Notes: generated by a model from the sequence alone, not told the origin. A stretch of DNA of 64,000 nt from Thainema sp. (GCA_052168235.1 JBQLZK010000013.1:32001-96000); one strand, 5' to 3'; counted from the first letter of the stretch, positions 46,897 to 58,291 are shown. Numbers and translations are program-made.

Positions 46897-48750
46897 TTGA
46901 CGAGGTTCCCCGTGGTGCAAGTCCGTCAGCAAGTGTCGGTTCAGCGCGCATCTGGCGCGTATGCTTTGATTGACAGCCTGAAGCGACATGGTGTCAAGCA
47001 CATTTTTGGCTATCCAGGTGGCGCAATCCTGCCCATTTACGATGAGCTGTATAAGGCAGAAGCGGCTGGTGGTATTCAGCATATTTTGGTGCGGCACGAG
47101 CAAGGTGCATCCCATGCGGCGGATGGCTATGCTCGCGCTACTGGCGAGGTGGGGGTGTGTTTCGGCACCTCTGGCCCTGGTGCTACTAATTTAGTGACTG
47201 GAATCGCGACTGCTCAAATGGATTCCATTCCAATGGTGGTGATTACTGGACAGGTGCCCCTGCCCGCGATCGGTAGCGATGCCTTCCAGGAAACGGACAT
47301 CTACGGCATTACGCTGCCGATTGTGAAACATTCCTATGTGGCTCGCGATCCACGGGATATTCCTCGAATTGTGGCAGAAGCGTTCCACATCGCTCAAACC
47401 GGACGCCCCGGCCCCGTTCTGATTGATGTTCCTAAAGACATTGGCTTAGCTGAGTTTGATTACGTTCCAGTTGAACCCGGCAGCATTCGCCTGACTGGCT
47501 ATCGTCCGACGGTGAAGGGCAACCCACGTCAAATCATGCAGGCGATTAACTTGATTCGTCAGGCAGAATCGCCGCTGCTATACGTGGGCGGTGGTGCGAT
47601 CGCAGCCAGCGCTCATGCCGAAGTGAAGCAGCTCGCCGAATATTTCCAAATTCCCGTCACTACAACCTTGATGGGCAAGGGCGTATTTGACGAGAAGCAT
47701 CCGCTTGCGGTTGGTATGTTGGGTATGCACGGTACGGCCTACGCCAACTTTGCAGTCAGTGAATGTGATTTGCTGATTGCGGTCGGTGCGCGGTTTGACG
47801 ACCGCGTGACGGGTAAGCTGGATGAATTCGCGTCGCGCGCCAAAGTTATCCACATCGACATTGATCCCGCCGAAGTTGGCAAAAATCGTGCGCCGGATGT
47901 GCCCATCGTTGGCGATGTTCAGCACGTACTGAGTAATCTGCTAGCGCGCTTGGCAGAAGAAAATAATCCGGCCAACCCCAATCAAACGTTAGCCTGGCGT
48001 AACCGGATTAATCACTGGCGAGAAGACTATCCCCTCCAGGTACCTCGTCCTGAGGGAATTCTATCTCCCCAAGAGGTAATTGTGGCGCTGGCTGAGCAGG
48101 CTCCCCATGCCTACTACACCACTGATGTCGGCCAGCACCAAATGTGGTCCGCTCAGTTTCTCAAGAATGGGCCTCGCAAGTGGATCTCTAGCGCGGGTCT
48201 CGGCACGATGGGCTTTGGGATGCCAGCCGCTATGGGCGTTAAGGTGGCGCTACCGGATGAAGACGTAATTTGTATCAGCGGTGATGCCAGCTTCCAGATG
48301 TGCTTGCAAGAGCTAGGTACTCTGGCTCAGTACCACATTGCAGCCAAGACTGTAATCATTAACAACGGCTGGCAGGGCATGGTGCGCCAATGGCAGCAGT
48401 CCTTCTACGGCGAGCGCTACTCCTCGTCCAATATGGAAGTCGGGATGCCAGACTTTGTGAAACTCGCGGAAGCCTACGGTGTCAAAGGCATGATTGTGGA
48501 GCGGCGGGAAGATTTAATACCTGCGATCGCAGAAATGCTGGCTCACGATGGCCCAGTTCTAATGGATGTCCACGTGAAGCGGGACGAAAACTGCTATCCA
48601 ATGGTGGCCCCCGGTAAGAGCAATGCTCAGATGTTGGGTTTACCTAAGGCCGCGCGACTTGAGGCGAATGAGCCAGTTTATTGTCCAAGCTGCGATGCCA
48701 AGAATCTACCTACCCACAGCTTCTGCCCCGAATGCGGCACTAAGCTATAG
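46897..48750 (+). CDS. ilvB: Acetolactate synthase large subunit, biosynthetic type
   Basis: [49 protein letters not shown]-terminal Cys4 zinc ribbon; true start may be GTG ~46915. Confidence 0.96.
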   Translation: MTRFPVVQVRQQVSVQRASGAYALIDSLKRHGVKHIFGYPGGAILPIYDELYKAEAAGGIQHILVRHEQGASHAADGYARATGEVGVCFGTSGPGATNLVTGIATAQMDSIPMVVITGQVPLPAIGSDAFQETDIYGITLPIVKHSYVARDPRDIPRIVAEAFHIAQTGRPGPVLIDVPKDIGLAEFDYVPVEPGSIRLTGYRPTVKGNPRQIMQAINLIRQAESPLLYVGGGAIAASAHAEVKQLAEYFQIPVTTTLMGKGVFDEKHPLAVGMLGMHGTAYANFAVSECDLLIAVGARFDDRVTGKLDEFASRAKVIHIDIDPAEVGKNRAPDVPIVGDVQHVLSNLLARLAEENNPANPNQTLAWRNRINHWREDYPLQVPRPEGILSPQEVIVALAEQAPHAYYTTDVGQHQMWSAQFLKNGPRKWISSAGLGTMGFGMPAAMGVKVALPDEDVICISGDASFQMCLQELGTLAQYHIAAKTVIINNGWQGMVRQWQQSFYGERYSSSNMEVGMPDFVKLAEAYGVKGMIVERREDLIPAIAEMLAHDGPVLMDVHVKRDENCYPMVAPGKSNAQMLGLPKAARLEANEPVYCPSCDAKNLPTHSFCPECGTKL

Positions 48751-48766
48751 CGGTTAGATTATTCAC

Positions 48767-48940
48767 AAACCAAACCAGCCAGATTGCTGAGCAATCTGGC
48801 TGGTTTGGTTTTGTCTTACCGTAGGGGCAAATGGCAATTTGCCCCTACCAGGCGTCAATCAACTTATATCGAATTCAACTAGAAAGAACCGAAACTATTT
48901 TCTGTGAGAGTCAGGCTGCGCCTGACTCTCACAGAAAATA
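48767..48940. repeat. Three consecutive palindromes between convergent ilvB and dxs
   Basis: 48767-48811 (21-bp arms, gc-tga-gc), 48821-48848 (GTAG..CTAC), 48896-48940 (21-bp arms, gc-tgc-gc). Confidence 0.85.
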
Positions 48941-48969
48941 AAAACTGGCTTTTATATGCGGTTTCCGTG

Positions 48970-50877
48970 TTAAACGCCAACGGCAGACGGTTCGCGCTTA
49001 AAGGACTTGAGAATGCGATCGGCCATTTGCGGTGGCGTCAAGCCCAAATCGCTCTTCGACTCGTTTGGCGTCGCGTGATCGACCAGCTTATCCGGTACAC
49101 CCATGCGGGTAACGGGCACTAGCACCTCGTGATCCAGCAGCGTTTCCGCTAGGCCAGAGCCAAAGCCACCGATAATGCAGCCTTCTTCCATCGTGACGAC
49201 GCGACCAATCTGCTTGGCCAGCGATACCAATAGCTCGGTATCAATCGGCTTGGCAAAGCGAGCATTGACCACCGTGGCCTCAATACCGTGTTCGCTGAGG
49301 ATTTCCGCCGTTTGCATGGCGGGGTAAACCATTGTGCCGTAGCCAACCAGGAGAATATCGTCGCCTTGACGCAGAATTTCGCCTTTACCAATCGGTAGCG
49401 GTTCCCAACCTTCTTCCATCAGCGGCACACCCTGGCCGCTGCCACGCGGGTAGCGCACAGCGATTGGCCCATCGGTGTAGTTGATGCCTGTGACTAGCAT
49501 TCGCTGTAGTTCGGCTTCATCCTTGGGAGCCATCAGCACCATGTGGGGCAGACAGCGCAGATAGGCGATGTCGTACATGCCCTGGTGGGTAGGGCCATCG
49601 GCACCGACGATCCCAGCGCGGTCGAGACAGAAGAAGACCGGCAGCTTCTGAATACAGACATCATGCACAATCTGGTCGTAGCCCCGCTGCAAGAACGTGG
49701 AGTAAATCGCAGCCACCGGACGCATTCCTTCGCAAGCCAAACCCGCAGCCAGGGTAACGGCGTGCTGCTCGGCAATACCCACGTCAATATACTGATCCGG
49801 CAGCTTTTCTTGCAGCTTATTTAATCCCGTTCCGGTTGCCATTGCAGCGGTGATCCCGACGATTTTGGGATTGTTCTCAGCCAGGGTGATCAGGGTTTCC
49901 GCAAACACCTTGGCATACTTGGGCGGCGTGGGCTTAGTGGGCGGAATCGCTTTACCTGTAGATAAATTAAACGGCGACTGAGCATGGTAGCCAACCTGAT
50001 CCTTTTCTGCGATCGCATATCCCTTGCCCTTGGTGGTCGCCACGTGTACCAGGACGGGGCCAGTATGCTTGTGCCCTTCTTTGAAGGTGGTGATCAGTTC
50101 AGACAGGTTGTGACCATCCACTGGCCCCATATAGGTGAAGCCTAGTTCTTCAAATACGGCACCCACTTTGGAAACGGCCAGCCGCTTCATGCCCTCTTTG
50201 ACGCGGTTCAGCTCAGGCGTGAGGGATTGACCGACAAAGGGCAAATGCTTAAACTGCTCTTCCAGGTTGTCAGTCAGGAACTGCATTGGTGGGCTGAGGC
50301 GCATTTTGTTGAGATAGCGGGAAATCGCACCCACGTTCGGGGAAATCGACATCTCGTTGTCGTTCAGCACCACCATCAGGTTGGTGTTGGGCAAATGTCC
50401 GGCGTGGTTGATCGCCTCCAGCGCCATGCCGCCCGTTAATGCCCCGTCACCAATCACAGCGACGACTTTGAAGTCTTCGCCCTTCATATCGCGAGCCATC
50501 GCCATGCCCAGTGCCGCAGAGATACTGGTAGAGGCGTGCCCTGCACCAAAGTGGTCGAATTTGCTCTCAGAACGCTTCAGATAGCCCGCTACGCCATCTT
50601 TCTGCCGGAGTGTATGAAATTGGCTGTAGCGGCCTGTGATTAACTTGTGGGGGTAAGCTTGATGTCCTACGTCCCAAAGGACTTTGTCTCGGTCTAAATC
50701 TAGGGTTTGATACAGGGCTAGGGTGAGTTCGACCACGCCTAGTCCTGGTCCCAGGTGGCCACCGCTGGTTGCCACCGTCTGTAAGTGTTTCTCTCGAATC
50801 TGACGCGCGATTTGTTCAAGCTGATGGATCGATAGACCATGCAACTGATTGGGATGGGTCAGTTCACTCAGGTGCAT
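48970..50877 (-). CDS. dxs: 1-deoxy-D-xylulose-5-phosphate synthase
   Basis: [53 protein letters not shown]. Confidence 0.98.
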   Translation of the reverse strand: MHLSELTHPNQLHGLSIHQLEQIARQIREKHLQTVATSGGHLGPGLGVVELTLALYQTLDLDRDKVLWDVGHQAYPHKLITGRYSQFHTLRQKDGVAGYLKRSESKFDHFGAGHASTSISAALGMAMARDMKGEDFKVVAVIGDGALTGGMALEAINHAGHLPNTNLMVVLNDNEMSISPNVGAISRYLNKMRLSPPMQFLTDNLEEQFKHLPFVGQSLTPELNRVKEGMKRLAVSKVGAVFEELGFTYMGPVDGHNLSELITTFKEGHKHTGPVLVHVATTKGKGYAIAEKDQVGYHAQSPFNLSTGKAIPPTKPTPPKYAKVFAETLITLAENNPKIVGITAAMATGTGLNKLQEKLPDQYIDVGIAEQHAVTLAAGLACEGMRPVAAIYSTFLQRGYDQIVHDVCIQKLPVFFCLDRAGIVGADGPTHQGMYDIAYLRCLPHMVLMAPKDEAELQRMLVTGINYTDGPIAVRYPRGSGQGVPLMEEGWEPLPIGKGEILRQGDDILLVGYGTMVYPAMQTAEILSEHGIEATVVNARFAKPIDTELLVSLAKQIGRVVTMEEGCIIGGFGSGLAETLLDHEVLVPVTRMGVPDKLVDHATPNESKSDLGLTPPQMADRILKSFKREPSAVGV

Positions 50878-51251
50878 AACTGGTGTTCCCTCTGGGTCAA
50901 TCTATAAAGAATTTTGGAATACCTTATTCACTGTAGAGGATTCAGCGACTGTAAGCAGAGATTAGTAACCTTTTTCCGACGAAATCAGACCGAATATATT
51001 CCGTCAAATTAAGCCGAGTTCCCGCTACATCAGTCTGCCGACAGACTTGAATAAAGATTGATTTTTATGTCAAGGCTTCAACAAATCTTCGGATTTCTTT
51101 GGATATTTCGCCAAATGTCTAGACGGATAGCCATGATCGAAGCCGACCGCATCGGTTTTTGCCCGGATCTCGACAGATTGCGGCTGATTGAGGGAGTTGG
51201 GTTTATAATGAGCTTCGATCTGAGATTTAGTTCATCACTACAGCTCTTCCT

Positions 51252-51827
51252 ATGCGGTTTAGAACTCGTCCGATTGCGATCGCAGCTCTCCTAGTTGCCG
51301 GTTTGGTCTCTGCACCTCGTACAGCCCAAGCCTGGTGGTTTGATATTGACTGGGACGATGACGAATCCTATCGAGAATGTGCCGAGGCTTTACTGAAGTA
51401 TGACGATCTAGACCCTACTGTGGCAGCCTCTGCCTGCGCCGGGGCCTTAGAACCAGAAGAAGTGAGTGAGTGCGTCACGCTGATTGAAGGCGATACCGAA
51501 ATCGCCCCAGTGGATGCCCTCGCCTCATGCCGTCGCGTCCGCCGCCCAGGAGAAATGGCGGAGTGTGTGGTTAACATTGACAACGAACTGGCCTCAGAAC
51601 CGCTAACCGTATTAGATAACTGTCGCCGCAGCTTACTGCCCGATCGCTATGCAGAATGCGTAATTGAAGTTGCAGATGCAGCCGATGTTTCTGTCGATGA
51701 AACCATGCCCGTTTGCATCAGCGCTGGCGATCGCCCCCGCGATTTAGCTCCCAGCTTCATTCCCCGCGTCGAACTAGAGCGTCCCGATACCCCACTCCAG
51801 TTCGCACCCTTAATTCCACTGGAATAG
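51252..51827 (+). CDS. Secreted Cys-rich helical-repeat hypothetical protein
   Basis: Signal peptide ending AQA; three C-x5-P-x5-C-V repeats. Confidence 0.7.
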   Translation: MRFRTRPIAIAALLVAGLVSAPRTAQAWWFDIDWDDDESYRECAEALLKYDDLDPTVAASACAGALEPEEVSECVTLIEGDTEIAPVDALASCRRVRRPGEMAECVVNIDNELASEPLTVLDNCRRSLLPDRYAECVIEVADAADVSVDETMPVCISAGDRPRDLAPSFIPRVELERPDTPLQFAPLIPLE

Positions 51828-51861
51828 TTGGAATTTGGTTTAAAGAGTTGTCCCGTTTTTC

Positions 51862-51956
51862 TATAGCTGTAGTCAGCTAGGTTAGGACACGGACATTTTT
51901 GTAGCGCGGCGGAGCCGCGCTACAAAAATGTCCTAACTAATATGACTACCGCTATA
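51862..51956. mobile_element. MITE family E copy 2 (95 bp)
   Basis: tatagc...gctata; core ggacatttttgtagcgcggc-gga-gccgcgctacaaaaatgtcc. Confidence 0.8.
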
Positions 51957-51976
51957 CTCTGGGACTGACTGAAACA

Positions 51977-52426
51977 TTAAGCTCGTGAAACAAAGATGCC
52001 GCCGATGATGATTAGGATGGCTCCGGCGAGGAGCTGAAGCGGACGGACTTGTTGCCACTCTGCAAAAATGAGCAGTGCTAAGCCGACGGTGATTAGCGTG
52101 TTCATGTTGTAGAGCGGAACCAGCTTGGCCAGCGGTGCCTGAAACTTGAGGATGCCAAGCACAACGCAGCCCGTACCCAATCCCCAGAGCACACCCTGCA
52201 TGGATGACGATGCGATCGCAACTCGGGATGGTGCTGATCCGGGCAACAGCACTTGCAGCACAACACCAGTAGCGCTGATGGCTAAACCAACCCAAAAGAG
52301 ATGCCACCCGACCGGAATTCCTGCATTGGCACTCGACTTAGCAAAAATAGAGGACACCCCGTAGAAGATGGCTGGCAAAATGCCACCGATCAGCAACCCA
52401 AGTAAGTTAGAAGTCACGGATAGCAA
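51977..52426 (-). CDS. Small DMT/EamA-like membrane protein (5 TM)
   Basis: Hydrophobic helices; LAKLVPLYNMNTLITV...IFAEW. Confidence 0.7.
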   Translation of the reverse strand: MLSVTSNLLGLLIGGILPAIFYGVSSIFAKSSANAGIPVGWHLFWVGLAISATGVVLQVLLPGSAPSRVAIASSSMQGVLWGLGTGCVVLGILKFQAPLAKLVPLYNMNTLITVGLALLIFAEWQQVRPLQLLAGAILIIIGGIFVSRA

Positions 52427-52512
52427 TTCACTCCTTTGATCGGTTGATTAGTGTGCAGGCAACTAGCGTGTGAGACACACGTCTTAGGATCAAGAACCAG
52501 TGCGCATTTTAG

Positions 52513-53688
52513 CTAACGCGAGGCCCGCATCAGCAGCAGTACACCAACAACTAGACCAAAAATATTGGGAATCCAGGCTGACATGAAGGGCGAAACCGCT
52601 CCCGTAATCCCCATTGCGTTGGTGATGTAGGCAAATAAGTAGTAGGCAAAAATAATCACAACACTGACGCCAAAGCTGGTAGCACGACCGCTGTTACGAC
52701 TAGAGCGAATTCCCAGAGCGGCTCCTACCGTCCCCATAACCGCACAGACAAAGGGCAGCGCATACTTTTGCTGAATTCGGACTTTAAGCTTGCGAATTTT
52801 TTGTTCCTCAGCTCCGCTATTTTCCAAAAGCCGCAGTAAATCCTGTGATTGAGCAATATTCATTTCGCCATAGTCGCGTCCCCGTTCAGCAAGATCGAGC
52901 GGCGTGCGCGGCAGTTGCAGCGTTTGGTTTTCAAATGTCACGATATTGCGGAAAGAGCCATCGGGTGACACGACATAGATGGTGCCATCTTCAAAATTCC
53001 AGGCGTTTTGGCTCAGATCCCAGGTCGCTGACTTGGCGCTGACGATTTGGTTCAGTCCATCTTGAGATAAATCAAGAATTGTCAGTCCCTTCATCTCTGC
53101 ACCGTCAAACCGCCGAGCATAAAACAGCCGTGAGAGTTCTTCACCGCCTTCCTGGCTGTCTCGAAATTCCTGATAGAGAATGTTTTCTTCTTGGAAGGGA
53201 GGACGTTCTTCATTCAGGGCTCGCTCAAGCGTGATGGCTGCACGATAACTAGCCGCTGGCGTAATCAGCTCATTGAAGGCAAAGGTCATGCCCGTGACGA
53301 TAAAACTGAGAACGATGGCCGGAGCAACGATTCGATAAATACTGACGCCACAACCCCGCATCGCCACTAGCTCACTGTCGCTGGACAGTCGGCCAAAGGT
53401 CATCAGCGTCGCCAACAGCGTGGACATGGGGAAGGCCAGCACGACAAACTCTGGCATTTTGAGCAGAAAGATTTCGACCGCTAGACTAAACGGTAAGCCA
53501 GATTCAGTGACACGCCGAATCAGTTCAAACAGCGAATCAACCGAAACGCCGATAGAGGTGAACGCTCCCACCCCAAACAGAAACGGTGCTAGCAGTTCCG
53601 CAGCTAAGTAGCGATCCATGACGGAAATGCCAAACGAGGCCCATCGGGGAGTCTGCCAGCGCTGGCGAGGAGTAGAAAAATCAGTCAT
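52513..53688 (-). CDS. LptF/LptG family LPS export permease
   Basis: MDRYLAAELLAPFLFG, FGRLSSDSELVAMRGCGVS, AWIPN. Confidence 0.92.
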   Translation of the reverse strand: MTDFSTPRQRWQTPRWASFGISVMDRYLAAELLAPFLFGVGAFTSIGVSVDSLFELIRRVTESGLPFSLAVEIFLLKMPEFVVLAFPMSTLLATLMTFGRLSSDSELVAMRGCGVSIYRIVAPAIVLSFIVTGMTFAFNELITPAASYRAAITLERALNEERPPFQEENILYQEFRDSQEGGEELSRLFYARRFDGAEMKGLTILDLSQDGLNQIVSAKSATWDLSQNAWNFEDGTIYVVSPDGSFRNIVTFENQTLQLPRTPLDLAERGRDYGEMNIAQSQDLLRLLENSGAEEQKIRKLKVRIQQKYALPFVCAVMGTVGAALGIRSSRNSGRATSFGVSVVIIFAYYLFAYITNAMGITGAVSPFMSAWIPNIFGLVVGVLLLMRASR

Positions 53689-53781
53689 GGTGCTTGTTCA
53701 AAAACTTGCTAAGAAATAGACGGTTTCAGCTCACAAAACTCGATTTTAGCGTTTTGCAGGATTTGCTCTGGGCAAGCCGAA

Positions 53782-54564
53782 TTAAGGCTGAAAATCTTCG
53801 CCCAGATAGTGTTGACGCACCAGTGGATTGCTATACAGCTCGGCAGCACTGCCAGAGGCGAGAATCTGCCCGTCGCGCATGATGTAGGCGCGGTTGGTAA
53901 TTTCTAATGTTTCGCGCACATTATGGTCAGTAATGAGAATTCCCATGTTGCGATCGCGCAATCCAGCAACAATCTCCTGAATTTCTTTGACGGCAATCGG
54001 ATCAACTCCGGCAAAGGGTTCATCGAGTAATAGGAACTTTGGCCCTTCTAGTCCTGTGGCTAATGCTCGCGCTAGTTCCGTGCGGCGGCGCTCTCCCCCT
54101 GAAACCTGCCCGCCTTTTGTGCTGGCAACCGTTTCGAGTCGAAAATCATGCAGAAGTTGATGCAGCCGCTTGGGTTGTAAGTGAGATGGCACACCCGTCT
54201 GCTCCAGAATCAGCAAGATATTATCGGCAACGCTTAAATTTCGAAAAATGCTGGGTTCCTGAGCCAAGTAACCAATGCCGAGCTGAGCTCGTTTGTGCAT
54301 CGGCAGCGATGTAATGTCTTTATCGTTGAGCCAAACTTTACCCTCATCCGGCTTCTCAATGCCAGTTGTCATGTAGAACGTGGTGGTTTTTCCAGCTCCG
54401 TTTGGCCCCAGTAAGCCAACGATTTCGCCTTGCGCGACCGTTAAGCTGACGCGACTGACAACCGCTCGCCGACCATAGGATTTATGCACATTCTCAAGCG
54501 CAATCTTGAGTGGCTGATCGGAGGCAAACACAGAAGAGGAAGCGTAGTGACTAGATTTTAGCAA
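53782..54564 (-). CDS. lptB: LPS export ABC transporter ATP-binding protein
   Basis: GLLGPNGAGKTT, YLAQEPSIFR, SGGERRR, LLDEPFAGVDP, ITDHNVRETL. Confidence 0.95.
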   Translation of the reverse strand: MLKSSHYASSSVFASDQPLKIALENVHKSYGRRAVVSRVSLTVAQGEIVGLLGPNGAGKTTTFYMTTGIEKPDEGKVWLNDKDITSLPMHKRAQLGIGYLAQEPSIFRNLSVADNILLILEQTGVPSHLQPKRLHQLLHDFRLETVASTKGGQVSGGERRRTELARALATGLEGPKFLLLDEPFAGVDPIAVKEIQEIVAGLRDRNMGILITDHNVRETLEITNRAYIMRDGQILASGSAAELYSNPLVRQHYLGEDFQP

Positions 54565-54785
54565 TGGCGTTACGTCATCAAAATCAGCAGGGAAGTTGTC
54601 CTACCCGTTTCAGTGTCGCCTGTTGCTCACGCAACCGCAAGAGGAGAGGATCGTGTTCCCATCATAAATTTCATTAAAGGATTCAGCAAAGTCCTTTAAA
54701 TCGGTTAAAGAGTTGATGTCTCATACCGCTGAAATAGTTTAAACCGTCGAAGGCGAACTAGGATGCGTAGTAGTTTGTGATGTAA

Positions 54786-56075
54786 GTGTGGCATGGGGGG
54801 CAAATTACGGTGCTATTTGGATGGATTCAGACGGGTGTCAGTGTTTTGTTATGGGCAGCAATTTTCATTGTAGGAGTGCCGATTGCGGTGCTGTTTGCAG
54901 AATGCTGCTTAGCGCTTTTGGGCCGTCGGCAGGTGCAACTAGGAACGACGAACAAGCCAGCCACGGGCGCGATCGCACATTCCGCCCCCAACTCTACACC
55001 AGAATCTACCGTAAACTTAGCCGTCCTAGTGCCCGCCCATGATGAAGAGTTGGTGATTCGTGACACGCTAGCCGCTCTCACACCTCAGCTTCAGCTCCAT
55101 CAGCGCCTGCTGGTCGTGGCCGACAACTGTACAGACAAAACGGCTGACATTGCTCGCTCAATGGGCGCAGAAGTGATTGAGCGGTTTGATACAGAACGAC
55201 GCGGCAAAGGCTATGCCCTGGACTATGGGGTGCAACACTTAACTGCAACCAATCCCCCGGATGTAGTAGTGATTGTCGATGCCGATTGTGAAGTGCAACC
55301 GGGCGCGATCGCAACCTTAGCTCAAACTGCGATCGCAACTCAGCGTCCTACCCAATCCATTTACCTGATGGAAATTCCGCCCAATCCATCGGCCAAAGAT
55401 ACGATTTCGGCTCTGGCGATTCGGGTCAAGAATCTCGTCCGTTCGCTGGGCCTAGCGCAAATCAATCAGCCCTGTCTGCTGGGCGGCACAGGCATGGCGT
55501 TTCCCTGGTTAGCCATCCAATCGGTTGATTTGGCCACGGGCAACATCGTGGAAGATATGAAGCTGGGGTTGGATCTTGCGATCGCGGGTTACTCACCCAA
55601 GTTCACTCCCTCTGCCACCGTTGTGGGTCGTTTGCCGCAGCAGGAGGCGGCTGCCACCAGTCAGCGCACTCGCTGGGTACATGGCCATATTCAAACGCTA
55701 CTGAGCTATGGCCCCCGCCTGTTCTGGGAAGCCTTCCGTCAGCGTCGCTTTGATCTATTTTGCTTAGCACTGGAACTCTGTGTGCCGCCCTTATCCTTGT
55801 TGGTCATGCTGTGGCTGGGTGTGACTGCATTAACGCTGGTTAGCGGCTTGGTCGGTCTATCCTGGCTGCCTGCTTTAGGTGCGATCGCAGTCGGTATGCT
55901 GCTGGTTCTGGCGATTCTGATTGCCTGGGCCGGATTTGCTCGTCACGATTTGCCCGCCAAGGTACTGCTGGCGATTCCGGTTTACCTGCTGTGGAAGATT
56001 CCGGTCTATCTCAAGTTTGTCAAAGGTCCAGAGTCGAGCTGGGTACGCACCGCACGCGATACGGCTGATTCTTAA
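54786..56075 (+). CDS. Glycosyltransferase family 2, membrane-bound
   Basis: VLVPAHDE, VADNCTD, GKGYAL, VDADC, IVEDM, QRTRW. Confidence 0.92.
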   Translation: MWHGGQITVLFGWIQTGVSVLLWAAIFIVGVPIAVLFAECCLALLGRRQVQLGTTNKPATGAIAHSAPNSTPESTVNLAVLVPAHDEELVIRDTLAALTPQLQLHQRLLVVADNCTDKTADIARSMGAEVIERFDTERRGKGYALDYGVQHLTATNPPDVVVIVDADCEVQPGAIATLAQTAIATQRPTQSIYLMEIPPNPSAKDTISALAIRVKNLVRSLGLAQINQPCLLGGTGMAFPWLAIQSVDLATGNIVEDMKLGLDLAIAGYSPKFTPSATVVGRLPQQEAAATSQRTRWVHGHIQTLLSYGPRLFWEAFRQRRFDLFCLALELCVPPLSLLVMLWLGVTALTLVSGLVGLSWLPALGAIAVGMLLVLAILIAWAGFARHDLPAKVLLAIPVYLLWKIPVYLKFVKGPESSWVRTARDTADS

Positions 56076-56094
56076 TGTTAAGTCTGCGTATAAA

Positions 56095-56139
56095 CAATTT
56101 AGGGTGAAGCGCGCTGAGCAAACGTTTCACCCTAAATTG
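56095..56139. terminator. Hairpin between convergent genes
   Basis: caatttagggtgaa...ttcaccctaaattg. Confidence 0.65.
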
Positions 56140-56151
56140 AGGTTTATGTAA

Positions 56152-57480
56152 CTAATGTCGCTTCTGCTCTCCCAGCATAAAGTCCACAAACTGACGCGCC
56201 GTGCGGCCAGAACGACCGTTATGGCGCGTTGCCCATTGCAGCGCCCGCTGCCGTAGCTCCTCCGGTTCTAACGCTAGATCTGCTTGCTGAGCCAAGTGCT
56301 GCACAATTTGCAGATAGGTGGTCTGATCAGCGGGTTCAAACGTCAGCGTCAGGCCAAAGCGATCGCCAAAGGACAATTTTTCCTGCACCGTATCCCAGGC
56401 ATGAATTTCATCACCTTGGCTGGGACGGGGCCGATCCTCAAAGAATTCGCGCACCAGATGCCGCCGATTCGATGTGGCGTAAACCACAACGTTTCTGGGA
56501 CGAGCTGTAACGCTGCCTTCCAACACTACTTTCAGCGCCTTAAAAGCATCATCGTCTTCCTCAAACGACAAGTCATCGACAAAAACAATAAATTTCTGGG
56601 GCGCATCCCGTAGCTGCTCCACGATTTGACCCAGATCGTGCAGGTCACGTTTGGAAACTTCAATTAAGCGCAAACCGCGATCGCAGTATTCATTCACCAG
56701 CGCTTTCACTCGCGACGACTTGCCGGAACCGCGACTGCCGTAGAGCAAAACATGTAGTGCCGGGAATCCTGCAAGTAGAAACTCTGTGTTTTTCACCAGC
56801 TCGGCTTGAGGAATCTCATAGCCCACTAGTTCGCTGATCCGTATCGGATCGGGATGGACGACACCGACCAGTTCACCGGACTGCCAGCGAAAGGCGCGAT
56901 AACGAGCAAATTTACCAACACCGAATGTCCTGTAGTGTTGACCCAAATCTTCTACTAGACTTGACCATTCGGTGACCTGTTTAAATTGCTGACGTAGGGA
57001 CTCCTGAGCAGCATTGAGCCGTTGATCTATTGCCGTCTGATGAGCCGCAGTGATCTGAATCGGGCTGACTCCAACCTGGACAATGGGATGAATCCACGCT
57101 GCGATTTGGGCCGTATCGCATTGATAAATTGCCTGTAACTGCTTAAGGTCGTGCTGAGCGGCTTGCACCAGAGCGTCAGGAATGTGCGCGAAGTCAATCT
57201 GTTGCGCCCGACGACTAAATGGATTATCTGCCGTCAAGATTGCCGTCAACAAATAACTCTGCCAGGTTTGACCATCTGCGACTAATGATTGAAACCACTG
57301 TCCGTAGGCGCTTAAGCACTGAACTGGGTCAGGCTGAGGTTCGCTCAGCGCTTGCAGCACATTTCGCCAAGCTTGAGCAATGGGATGAGCTAAAACATCC
57401 TGGTAGAGCAGCAGAGCAGCGGTCTCTTGCTGTAAGCGAATTATGGATTGCGGGTCAACTTGCGAAGTCTGCGTCGTCAT
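56152..57480 (-). CDS. DUF815 family AAA+ ATPase
   Basis: LLYGSRGSGKSS, FVDDLSFEE, YATSNRRHL, LSFGDRFG, RSGRTARQF. Confidence 0.92.
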   Translation of the reverse strand: MTTQTSQVDPQSIIRLQQETAALLLYQDVLAHPIAQAWRNVLQALSEPQPDPVQCLSAYGQWFQSLVADGQTWQSYLLTAILTADNPFSRRAQQIDFAHIPDALVQAAQHDLKQLQAIYQCDTAQIAAWIHPIVQVGVSPIQITAAHQTAIDQRLNAAQESLRQQFKQVTEWSSLVEDLGQHYRTFGVGKFARYRAFRWQSGELVGVVHPDPIRISELVGYEIPQAELVKNTEFLLAGFPALHVLLYGSRGSGKSSRVKALVNEYCDRGLRLIEVSKRDLHDLGQIVEQLRDAPQKFIVFVDDLSFEEDDDAFKALKVVLEGSVTARPRNVVVYATSNRRHLVREFFEDRPRPSQGDEIHAWDTVQEKLSFGDRFGLTLTFEPADQTTYLQIVQHLAQQADLALEPEELRQRALQWATRHNGRSGRTARQFVDFMLGEQKRH

Positions 57481-57598
57481 TATTGTCTATATGCGGCCTT
57501 GCCGAATAACAGTAGCACCGACCCAATACGCGAGAAAAGCGCGACATGAGCCGCGCTTTAGCATTTAAATGATTATCGTAGTTGTGATTGGGGGCAAT

Positions 57599-58084
57599 CT
57601 ACACCATTTGAGGGGTTACGCCGTCTGCAACTCCCATTGGCTCAACTGCTGCTTTAATCAGGTCGATTTGCTGTTCAAATTCCAACTGCTTGAACTCGTT
57701 CAGGAAATTTTGAGCCTTTTTGGCAATCTGATAGTCGCTGGGGACTTCGACCAGGTTGCCTGCTTCCATCTCTTTGGCGGTGAGATACCAAAAGGCCAGC
57801 TTTGTGCTGGGGCTGCCAGCGCCATATTCACGAGAGATAGCAGTATCAGCTCGGCCAGCAATGTCGCGCTGGGTCTGTAGCTGATCGTCTTCGTTCATTT
57901 TCTTCATGCGATCAACCAGCGCTTGAGCAATGTCGAAGCCTGCGGCTTTAGTGCCACCGGGAGATAGGGAATCACCAATCCCTTCGTAGGCATACCAGAG
58001 AACTGCCAACTGGTCGTCTACGCTGAGACTCTGCAAGTTCTGCAAGAAGCGGGCGCGATCGTACTGAAGATTCGCGAAAGTCAT
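57599..58084 (-). CDS. Helical carotenoid protein (OCP N-terminal domain homolog)
   Basis: LSVDDQLAVLWYAY, QRDIAGRADTAISREYG, TKLAFWY, LEFEQQI...MG; start moved to ATG 58084. Confidence 0.9.
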   Translation of the reverse strand: MTFANLQYDRARFLQNLQSLSVDDQLAVLWYAYEGIGDSLSPGGTKAAGFDIAQALVDRMKKMNEDDQLQTQRDIAGRADTAISREYGAGSPSTKLAFWYLTAKEMEAGNLVEVPSDYQIAKKAQNFLNEFKQLEFEQQIDLIKAAVEPMGVADGVTPQMV

Positions 58085-58291
58085 AATATGAAGTTTTATT
58101 GAGTTCTTCCCCTTCAACCTAATGAAAAGGCACAGATGAAGAAACCCAACTATAGGGACAGATCAAACGTCATGGGACTCTGACGAATGAAAGAACCGAG
58201 CTTGGCGTAATGAACGTGCGATCGCACATTTTTCAACTCAGTTGCGATCGCAAATCAACCTTGAGACGAATCCCAATGGACATCTACTAAC

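Noticed and set aside
48670..48750. Zinc-ribbon tail on IlvB as a novel fusion
   Set aside because: To my knowledge this tail is common among cyanobacterial IlvB proteins
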